This document shows positions 10,112 to 18,383 of a stretch of 64,000 bases of DNA, one piece after another. Each line of letters starts with the position of its first letter. Position 1 is the first letter of the stretch. The notes under the pieces are model-generated. The model had not been told where the DNA came from and did not search any database. It worked only from the letters and a program-made list of their open reading frames with translations. A program made the position numbers and the translations under genes. The stretch lies in the sequence record DRR723986_3403; one strand, 5' to 3'.

Positions 10112-12325
10112 CTAGTTGAATTCCGCTGCCAGGTAGCTCGCCAGCGAAGCGCCTGAGAACTTTGGATTGTCGATGGTGGTCTCGATCATGACCGTGAATT
10201 CATCACCGTAGCGTGCTTGTCGCACCGTCGAACGACTTAAGAACTGCTTGCCGATCTGAGGGCCAATTTCCGAGTGATCGAGCTCTGAGTTGTGCGCGAG
10301 CCCGCATTCGAACAACGTTGCAATGGCTTGTTCGACAAGCTTTGCTTTTGCTGCGTCATCGCAAGCAATCTCGATTCGAACACCGATCGTGTTGCCGTCT
10401 GCCGAGACATCTGCTCCGAAGGAGATCGTCTCGATTGAGTTTTGCAGTTGGCGATAGGCCGTCTGAAACTTCTTTTCTTCTTCGGGAAGTGTATCATCGA
10501 TGACCTCCGGCACGTGATCAATCCAGGTGTTCGTCGCTACAACGGCAACGATACCACCATCGATACGCCGGAAAGCGTTGGCCCAAGCGGATGTGTTTTC
10601 CGATTCCGTGTGATTCAAGACACCGTCCAGTTGCATCTCAGGGGAGTAGTCCAAGCCGCCGCGACGAGCCATGAAACCGCCGAAGCAAATTGAAGAATCG
10701 CCTTTCTGAGCTACTGGGATTGGAAAGGGACCTAATCCTGCGATTTTGGGAAGTTCGAATTTGCGAACACCTTCACCATCGACCTCTTTTGCTGCGGGTA
10801 CGTACGCATTCAGCCAACCCGCTAGATCTACGGCTCCGTTGAGTCGGAATTCGGCTGCATCCATGCCGAGCGTGATTGAGTTCTTGTTCTCTTCCTGGGT
10901 TTCGTCATACCGGAAGCCGAGCTGGCAGGTCGCCAGCAACGTGTCGATCCGATGAACATCGAATTTTGGAAGCTCAGGGCTTTCGAAAGCATCTTTCAAT
11001 TCTGTTGCGATGGCAGGATTCGCCAGTGCCCGGAGAGCCCCCGTTTCAAAGTTTTTGTACAGATCATTGAATCGGATCTTCAGAAAGCCTTCTTCATTCT
11101 CCGGAACCTCATTTGGATCAGTCCGCTCGCGGTTGAACATTCCTGCGAGCGGTTGCGGCTTGCTGCTGGCTGAAGTCTTTCGCGACGCGATGCGTGCAGC
11201 AGGCTCATCACTCTGCGAGTTTACTTGCTGACCGCCCTCTTGTGGTGATGCAAAAGTTCGGGCGACGTAGCCTAGGCACCCGAAGGTAACCATGGCACCG
11301 ACAACAACAAACTTGGATGCCCACCATTCTGTGTGCGAGCGATTTGGTAGGGTTCGTAACATTTCGATCCTCCTGATCAAGAAACCTGAGAACACTGGAT
11401 TCATTCCAGCGCTGTGAATATTGGTTGTCGCATCATGGCTAAGAGCCAGCGACGATAGACTTCGAACATAGGATTTGTTGCCAACAATGGCGGATGCCAA
11501 GCGGTCTGCTGCGGCCTCCTGCGCAAATGCGAGCTGCTTGGTTAACAGTCGAACAAGGGGATTATAGAAGTGGATTGTTTCAATCACGCACGCCAGCAAA
11601 CGCCACAGTGAGTCGCGATTCACTAAATGAGCTGCTTCGTGTGCCAGAACAGCGTTCAATTCGCAGCTCGACCAACTCTTCCACTGCGGTGGAAGAACGA
11701 CGCAAGGGCGAAACACACCGACGACGGCGGCTCCAGAAATCACAGGGCTCTCGCGGCACTCAAATCCTTGCTGGCCTAGTGCCTCGGCTATACCCTTGGC
11801 GGTCGCCCTGACAGTTGGGCTGCGTATCTCGGAACTATTCTGTCGAATTCGCCTCGAATGCAGCAATGCCACAACAAATCGAAGAACGCCGAGTGTCAGT
11901 AGGAGACCGATGGCGCTTACCAGCCAAGGTAGGACCCTAGCGGGCGGTTGCACTTCCATCCGCTCAACGACGTTTCCAACCGCGGCGGCCAAGCGGACAA
12001 GATCTAAGCCCTGCCCACGCATGGTTGCTCCATCATTCTGAAGGTTTTCGTCAGGGGCTGTTTCGGCCAACGAGTTTGAAGTGTCCGATGCGGCCAAAGC
12101 GTCTGTGTCCGCTGAATCGTATAGCTGCGTGATGTGGTGCTTCAGGTCGGGTGTTGGCAAAAAAGCTAGGCAGGTCAAAATTGCAATGACAGCCAGCGCG
12201 CTGCAGGCCAACCAGCGTGATGCCTGAGTGGCTGGGCTCAGCCTCCGGGACAGCACGACCGCCAAAATTGCAAGAACGCTAACTTGAATACCGAGCACGA
12301 ATAGTATTTGAAAGTTCTCACTCAT
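10112..12325 (-). CDS. BlaR1/MecR1-like M56 metallopeptidase sensor with an unrecognised C-terminal extracytoplasmic domain
   Basis: N-terminal TM helices, GVFRPCVVLP, LAHEAAH (HExxH), HFYNPL, QEAAAD and RRIEML. ATGA overlap with the upstream repressor. Confidence 0.9.
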   Translation of the reverse strand: MSENFQILFVLGIQVSVLAILAVVLSRRLSPATQASRWLACSALAVIAILTCLAFLPTPDLKHHITQLYDSADTDALAASDTSNSLAETAPDENLQNDGATMRGQGLDLVRLAAAVGNVVERMEVQPPARVLPWLVSAIGLLLTLGVLRFVVALLHSRRIRQNSSEIRSPTVRATAKGIAEALGQQGFECRESPVISGAAVVGVFRPCVVLPPQWKSWSSCELNAVLAHEAAHLVNRDSLWRLLACVIETIHFYNPLVRLLTKQLAFAQEAAADRLASAIVGNKSYVRSLSSLALSHDATTNIHSAGMNPVFSGFLIRRIEMLRTLPNRSHTEWWASKFVVVGAMVTFGCLGYVARTFASPQEGGQQVNSQSDEPAARIASRKTSASSKPQPLAGMFNRERTDPNEVPENEEGFLKIRFNDLYKNFETGALRALANPAIATELKDAFESPELPKFDVHRIDTLLATCQLGFRYDETQEENKNSITLGMDAAEFRLNGAVDLAGWLNAYVPAAKEVDGEGVRKFELPKIAGLGPFPIPVAQKGDSSICFGGFMARRGGLDYSPEMQLDGVLNHTESENTSAWANAFRRIDGGIVAVVATNTWIDHVPEVIDDTLPEEEKKFQTAYRQLQNSIETISFGADVSADGNTIGVRIEIACDDAAKAKLVEQAIATLFECGLAHNSELDHSEIGPQIGKQFLSRSTVRQARYGDEFTVMIETTIDNPKFSGASLASYLAAEFN

Positions 12326-12768
12326 CGCTGGCCCTCCTTGTCGGCAGATACATTGTCTTCGCTAAGGTTCTCACGTGTTTCGGTGCCAGGAGCATCCTCA
12401 CTCAGGATGGACTGCAAGAGCTTCCGCTCCTTGTCACTGAGCGATTCCTGTCGTCCGAACAGGTGAACAAGCATTTGCTCCCTCGATCCTTGGAAGACGC
12501 GTTTGACAAGGTCGCCAACGAATCCACTGGAGACTTCATCGAACGAACGAATGGGTTCGTAGCGATAAGGGCGTTGATCGTTGACCGGACGCAAATAGCC
12601 TTTGTCGACCAAGATGCGAACGAGATTAGCTACCGTCGGATACGCTCGATCGACGCCGCTGTCCGCTAGCCGATCTCGAGCGTCACTGGCGGTCAGTTCG
12701 CCGTGCTCCCAATAGACATGCATGACTTCGAGCTCCCGCTCGGTCATTTCCTTCGTTGGTCTGACCAT
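12322..12768 (-). CDS. BlaI/MecI/CopY family transcriptional repressor
   Basis: TERELEVMHVYW, AYPTVANLVRILVDKGYL and RVFQGS. GGAGG RBS. Confidence 0.93.
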   Translation of the reverse strand: MVRPTKEMTERELEVMHVYWEHGELTASDARDRLADSGVDRAYPTVANLVRILVDKGYLRPVNDQRPYRYEPIRSFDEVSSGFVGDLVKRVFQGSREQMLVHLFGRQESLSDKERKLLQSILSEDAPGTETRENLSEDNVSADKEGQR

Positions 12769-12781
12769 CTCAACCTCCGTG

Positions 12782-12809
12782 TTTGGTTAACCAAATTTGG
12801 TTAGCCAAA
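12782..12809. promoter_or_regulatory. Tandem palindromic operator of the BlaI-type repressor
   Basis: TTTGGTTAACCAAA (12782-12795, perfect palindrome) abuts TTTGGTTAGCCAAA (12796-12809). It overlaps a minus-strand TTGCAG-N18-TACATT promoter candidate. Confidence 0.8.
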
Positions 12810-13139
12810 TGTATCGGTTGCGGGGACTCTACTGCAATAGCGTTTCTGAAGATTGTCTTAGGCACCGGTTGCGGAGTTCCGAAAGCTAGCGTCCGGGACG
12901 GCGTTAAAGTCTTCCTCGGCTACTTGTCCGTTACTTGCTGGACGCGCTTTCACGCTCTGCCGCCAAACCGGCTTAGGCCGTTAATTGGCTCAGCCGATCT
13001 CATCAATGGACCTACACGGAAGTAGGCATGCACACAGCCGCCCCTCTGAAGTGCCGGAATTTACGGGTTTCAGAACTGCAGGTGGCAAACGAGTCCGAGG
13101 CAGTGGCACACAAGCACGTGCAAACTGCACGAAAAGGGA

Positions 13140-15800
13140 ATGTCAATGGCTCACGTTCGTGGATATCGCGGCTGGATGGCGGCAGTAACGGCTGGCGTCA
13201 TGATCGCTTTACTCCTACTGGTATTTGCGAAGCACTTTAGCAGACCAAATCCAGAGGCGAAGCGCGCGGCGAATACCAGCTCTACCCGTGCGGTCTCCAC
13301 CGCGGCGCCGGCACCCACCAAGACGGCCGATCCGGGCCTCGCACGCATTGAATTGCTGCCTGAGGGCAACGCAATTCCTCTGGCACGACGCAGCGAACGA
13401 GTTGCGAATCGTGGTGCTGCCATTACACTACGCCAACCACCGGAGCCGGCATCGAATGTCGTCTTGCGTGCGCCTGTCGGGCAAGAAGCATTTGCGCCAT
13501 TGCCTTTGAGCGAAAGCCCTTCGACGTTGGCTGGCTTGATGGACTCGATGGATGAAGCGCTCAATCTTCCTGTTGTAGCCGTCTCCAATCGCAAAGAGGT
13601 GGCAGAGCAAGACGATGCGCTCGACGCTCGAACGAGTTCGCCGGAAGTTGTTGTTCCGCGGCTCCCTGAACCTCGCAAGTTGCTTGCCGAGCTAACAGAG
13701 CTTGAAGAGCTCCTGGACAACCGCGGTGACCAGACGAGTCGCCTAATCGCTTCGGGAACGGGCGCATACTCAGCGCCAATTTCCGCCGCGGAGGCACAGC
13801 GAATTCAGTACTGGATAACCGAAGTTCGGACCGCACTCTCGAACCTGGTTTCGTATCACGGCTTGGAACGACCTGAGAGCTTGCGTGAGACAGCAACGCT
13901 CGCGCAGCTTGCTCAAACAGCCAGCCAACTTGGTGAATCTCAATCCAACTACGTCATTGCCCGCGACTTATTAACAACCGCTTACAGCCTTCAACGTCGC
14001 GTTGACATCTACCGAGCCATTCAGGGCTGTCTAGATCGTACATCGATCGCGTTGGACCGTGCGAAGAGCAGCGATCTGACTCGCGCCGAACTTCGCCAGG
14101 CAATCGCCGATGTCCAAGCCAAGCTTCCTGAAACCGGTGACGAAGCTGCTTGGAATGAGTATCTGCTCATCGACCGCCTGAACGAATGGGTGGACTCGCC
14201 AAAGAACATTTGGGCTGAGGGAAATGACCTGGCCTTGGCGGCGCTATCGCGTCTGCGTTGGGAACGCCTTGGCGACGTTCAAAATGAGTTCCTCGCGCAG
14301 TCCGAGTTCACACGACTCGCGCAGCATCTGGAAGCCTGGAGCCGTGATCCTGTTGACTATCGTCAGTTGTTGATCGACATCGAAGAACTCGAGATGAACC
14401 CCGTCAACGGTGAAGCTGAGTCGATGGCTGGGGCGGTGCAGGTTCTGCGGACCAGCCCGGAAGCAAATCAACGAGTCCTTGCGCAGGCACTGAACAACCA
14501 CTACCGTAACGCCAATATTCGTCTGAGCGTTAGTCGTGACCTGATCCAACGGTTCATGCCAGAGGAAGCCGTTGAAGTTCGCCCGGTTCGCCGAAGCATT
14601 CTCGGCGCACGAACACAAGGAAACAGCAAAATCGCGACAGAGCTGGACGTTCAGCTCACGCCAGACGAATCCGCTTGGAATATCAGTCTTGGCGTCCAGG
14701 GCGACTTGTACAGCCAGACAGCGAGTGAAAAAGGTCCGGCAACGTTTCACAACACTTCAACCGCCACGATCAACAGCCGACGTTATGTTCGCCTAGATCC
14801 GATGGGCTATCGAATCAGCTCCGAACCAACCAACGTACAAAGCCAAGACTACCTGCGGCACATGGAAACCGATTTTGATGGCCTGCCCGTCGTTGGAGAT
14901 TTCATACGCCTGATCGTACGTGAACAGTTCAATCAAAAGCGCGGCGTTGCTCGTCGAGTGTCTCAGCGGATCATCGCCAACGAAGCGGACGAAGAACTGG
15001 ACCGCCGCCTGAACGAGGCAATGAATAGGGCTTCGGGCGAACTGGAGAAACGGATCACTGGACCACTTCACCGACTACAGCTTGACCCGATGGTCGTGTC
15101 AATGAACACCACCGAGCAACGGCTAGGGATTCGCTACCGTGTAGCTAGTGGTAACCAAATGGCCTCTCACACGCCTCGCCCTCGAGCCCCAGGTGACAGC
15201 CTTCTTAGCATGCAGGTGCATCAATCGACCGTCAACAACGCGATTGAGAGCATGGGCCTTGGAGCTAAGCGATGGCGACTGGACGAACTGTGTGAAAAAC
15301 TCGGCCAGGTATTCGGCCAAGAGGGCTGGAAGCTACCCGAGGAAGCTCCCGCCGATATCATGATTCACTTTGCAGCCAACCGACCTGCCTACATTGAAAT
15401 GGAAGATGGGCGTTTGCGGTTAACGCTTCGCATCCGCTCCCTTAGCAATAAGGACGGATTGTCGTTGGGGCCGTTGATCGTAACAAGCTCTTACATCCCA
15501 CTGGCTGACGGCTTGAGTGCTGAGTTGATTCGAGACGGCATCCTCGAAATCAAGACACCTCGTGGCACGCTGATTCGACACAAAGCATTGCTTCGGGGAA
15601 TCTTCGCCAAAGTCTTTGTCTCGCGACCGAACATTCCTTTGATCGCCGACTCCTGGCGAGAGGACCCGCGATCGGAAGGCCTTGCAGTGTCTCAGTTGGA
15701 AATTCGCGACAATTGGCTCAGCGTGGCTATCTCGCCTGAGGGGTCTGCCCATGCTGAAGCTGTTGCAACCCGCAGCCGAGAGATCAAACAGCTTTATTAA
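13140..15800 (+). CDS. Large membrane-anchored planctomycete hypothetical protein
   Basis: 886-aa ORF: single N-terminal TM helix, low-complexity linker, helical middle, beta-rich C-terminal half. Confidence 0.8.
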   Translation: MSMAHVRGYRGWMAAVTAGVMIALLLLVFAKHFSRPNPEAKRAANTSSTRAVSTAAPAPTKTADPGLARIELLPEGNAIPLARRSERVANRGAAITLRQPPEPASNVVLRAPVGQEAFAPLPLSESPSTLAGLMDSMDEALNLPVVAVSNRKEVAEQDDALDARTSSPEVVVPRLPEPRKLLAELTELEELLDNRGDQTSRLIASGTGAYSAPISAAEAQRIQYWITEVRTALSNLVSYHGLERPESLRETATLAQLAQTASQLGESQSNYVIARDLLTTAYSLQRRVDIYRAIQGCLDRTSIALDRAKSSDLTRAELRQAIADVQAKLPETGDEAAWNEYLLIDRLNEWVDSPKNIWAEGNDLALAALSRLRWERLGDVQNEFLAQSEFTRLAQHLEAWSRDPVDYRQLLIDIEELEMNPVNGEAESMAGAVQVLRTSPEANQRVLAQALNNHYRNANIRLSVSRDLIQRFMPEEAVEVRPVRRSILGARTQGNSKIATELDVQLTPDESAWNISLGVQGDLYSQTASEKGPATFHNTSTATINSRRYVRLDPMGYRISSEPTNVQSQDYLRHMETDFDGLPVVGDFIRLIVREQFNQKRGVARRVSQRIIANEADEELDRRLNEAMNRASGELEKRITGPLHRLQLDPMVVSMNTTEQRLGIRYRVASGNQMASHTPRPRAPGDSLLSMQVHQSTVNNAIESMGLGAKRWRLDELCEKLGQVFGQEGWKLPEEAPADIMIHFAANRPAYIEMEDGRLRLTLRIRSLSNKDGLSLGPLIVTSSYIPLADGLSAELIRDGILEIKTPRGTLIRHKALLRGIFAKVFVSRPNIPLIADSWREDPRSEGLAVSQLEIRDNWLSVAISPEGSAHAEAVATRSREIKQLY

Positions 15801-15839
15801 GCGGTGATTCGTGGCAACTGAATGAGCCTCAACTGAGTC

Positions 15840-17093
15840 TCAACGGTTGAGATTGGTCAGCAGGTCGTCCAGTGGCTCGGTGCTGCCTGGCTGGCCGCCC
15901 TGCATCGCAGCCATGCGAGCGTCCGCCTCTTCGCGGATAGCGTCAACGGCGGAGATCATCCGACTAGCGATGTCGTTTGTTTCCCATTTGTCGTCGGGCA
16001 TCGCGTACAGCTCTTCGTGCCCACCATCGATAAAGCAGGACCACGCTGGCGTTCGGGCCCAGTAACTCAAGCGACCAATCCCAGGTGCATCGGGAGTATC
16101 TGTCGTCGCCAGTGCGAACTGGTGTTCATGCGAGGCCGTCAAGAGCGATTGAGATCCAAGCATTGGATGTTGGCCTGTGCCGTCCAACCACTGCTGCAAG
16201 TGTTGCCCGATTGTTGAAAGCTGGACGATGTCAGGAGATCGCGTCCCTGGTTGTTTGGGAGACGGAAAAGATGCTCCAACGCCCGCCAAGTGCAAACTCG
16301 TTTCACGAAGCAATGCATGTTTGTGATCCGGTTCAGCGGCCAGGGCTCTGGTGCGACCAATGGCTCCGTGCTCTCCCAGTGGATAGCCGCCCAGCGCGAC
16401 GAACACGATTTCGCACTCGACAGATGCAATCTCAAGGGCCGAAAGGACGATGCCCAGTCCGATATCGAGCACCGCAGCCTGCGCACTGGCAACTTGCGTC
16501 CAACCGATTAGCAAATCTGGATCGGTGTCGCGATCGACGACGATCGTTGGCGGCTCAACTTCATTCGGCGGCGGTGGATCTTCCGGATCTGCAAACTGCT
16601 CACGCAATTCGATCGGGGCATCCCACGGAGCATCTAACCCAAGGCTGTGCAGCCAGAGCGTATCGCAGTCCGATGCACCGAAGATATTGTCTCCGATTGC
16701 CTCGGCCGCGGCAATCCATGGCGCTAGAACACAGCACTGCATTGAATCGCTCGCGGGCTCGGTTACCCTGCCAGATTCTGTAAGCGTCGCGTCAGCAAAG
16801 CCATGCGACTCCGCCATGCTCGCCGTCGCCGCGCAGTCAGTCACCATGCTTGCTCGCGAAAAGCGTTTCTGCGTCGCTTCGACCTGGTGCGGCGCCAAAG
16901 CGGGACGACCGGTAAGTAGACATTCCAACCCCTGCTGCCGGTTTGTCGATTCGGCGTAGAGTCGATCTAGAACTAATCCATGCGCCGCAAGCGTATCCAG
17001 ATTCGGTGTTCGCGAATTGTCTGCACCGTACGTCCCGAGCAGATAACTTGGGAGCGAAGCAATCGAAATTAAAAATGTCTTGCGTTCAGTCAT
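15840..17093 (-). CDS. Degenerate sulfatase/alkaline-phosphatase superfamily protein
   Basis: LGTYG..TPNLDTLAAHG, GYPLGEHG and ELYAMPDDKWETNDIA are present; the CxPxR motif is missing. Confidence 0.7.
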   Translation of the reverse strand: MTERKTFLISIASLPSYLLGTYGADNSRTPNLDTLAAHGLVLDRLYAESTNRQQGLECLLTGRPALAPHQVEATQKRFSRASMVTDCAATASMAESHGFADATLTESGRVTEPASDSMQCCVLAPWIAAAEAIGDNIFGASDCDTLWLHSLGLDAPWDAPIELREQFADPEDPPPPNEVEPPTIVVDRDTDPDLLIGWTQVASAQAAVLDIGLGIVLSALEIASVECEIVFVALGGYPLGEHGAIGRTRALAAEPDHKHALLRETSLHLAGVGASFPSPKQPGTRSPDIVQLSTIGQHLQQWLDGTGQHPMLGSQSLLTASHEHQFALATTDTPDAPGIGRLSYWARTPAWSCFIDGGHEELYAMPDDKWETNDIASRMISAVDAIREEADARMAAMQGGQPGSTEPLDDLLTNLNR

Positions 17094-17449
17094 GAATCAC
17101 TTCGCGAATCGGATGAAACCCGTTGCCAGAATCGGCAGCGGCACTTGCACATGTTGAATTGGGACCGACAACCTGCCAGCGTATTCAGCTCAATCGCTAC
17201 AGTCGGCACAGTTGTCGTCCCCAACTGGGCCCCCAGTCTTAGCCATTACCACGCTTCTGTCCAGCAATGACCTAGGTTTCTAAGTAATTCCTGCGCATCT
17301 GAGGCTGCTGCGTAGCGGTCGCGGTCCTGCCGCAGTTGGGTGATGCTTTTGACGCTGCTTGAGACGCTGCGGTGGCCGACACGGCGAGATTGCTGCCCGG
17401 GAATTTGTTTTGGCCCTTTCCATCAATAAAGCAACCGGCATTTTCAACG

Positions 17450-18316
17450 ATGGCATCCACCGATCTGAATTCTTCATTGTCTGACTATGGCATTCCTTCG
17501 GCAGTGATCGCGCCTGCAGCCGGTCAAGAGGCACCTGCACAGGTCCAGGTTCCCCCAAGCGACAATCCCAATCCCCGCGTAACCCGGCCCGCAACCACTC
17601 GCGTTTGGGGTACAGAGTTCTCAAACGTGGACATGCCAGAGGCAATCGAACTAGCAGATCGGATCATCGAGAACCGTCGGCCAGAATACTTCGTTACGGC
17701 AAATCTCAACTACCTGATGCTGGTGGATCAGTATCCGCGACTGACCGAGATCAATGAGAATGCTGCAGGCGTTTTCGCTGATGGGCATCCTATCGTCGTC
17801 CGCAGTCGATTCTCAGAGTCGCCGTTGCCCAGTCGTGTTACGGGCGCCGACATGATTGTCGAGCTGGCAGGATTGTCGAGCGAGCGGGGCTACAGCATCT
17901 ATTTCCTTGGGGCAGCACCGGGTGTTGCCGATGCAGCATCGCGTTCTCTTCAGGAGCGATTCCCCAACCTTCAGATTGCAGGAACCTACTCGCCTCCGTA
18001 TCGTCAGCTCAACGCCGCTGAGCACGCCGAGATGATTGAACGAATCAACGCATCGAAGCCAGATATTTTGCTGGTAGCCTTTGGCCAACCAAAGGGCGAG
18101 TGTTGGATCTATGACAATCTGCAGGATCTCAAAGTACCGCTCAGCATTCAGCTTGGCGCATCGTTCGACTTCCTTGCAGGCACTTCCCGCCGTGCTCCCA
18201 AGATCTGGCAGCGGTTTGGTTGCGAGTGGCTTTACCGCGCTCTTAGCGATCCCTTCCGCCTTGCACCCCGCTACGCCGCCAACGCTTGGTTCCTCGCGCG
18301 AAAACTGTTTCAGTAG
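17450..18316 (+). CDS. WecB/TagA/CpsF family glycosyltransferase (GT26)
   Basis: FVTANL, ADG, RVTGAD, YFLGA, LVAFGQPKGE, LGASFDFLAG..RAP and EWLYR. Start uncertain (17372 or 17450). Confidence 0.92.
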   Translation: MASTDLNSSLSDYGIPSAVIAPAAGQEAPAQVQVPPSDNPNPRVTRPATTRVWGTEFSNVDMPEAIELADRIIENRRPEYFVTANLNYLMLVDQYPRLTEINENAAGVFADGHPIVVRSRFSESPLPSRVTGADMIVELAGLSSERGYSIYFLGAAPGVADAASRSLQERFPNLQIAGTYSPPYRQLNAAEHAEMIERINASKPDILLVAFGQPKGECWIYDNLQDLKVPLSIQLGASFDFLAGTSRRAPKIWQRFGCEWLYRALSDPFRLAPRYAANAWFLARKLFQ

Positions 18317-18383
18317 CCGCTGAGCTGGCTTTACTTTTGAGTCAAGCTATGCAACAGCGGACCGCCAGGTTCGATTGTTAGCG

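Noticed and set aside
10112-12768. Beta-lactam resistance locus
   Set aside because: No beta-lactamase or PBP2a gene nearby, and the sensor does not look like a penicillin-binding domain.
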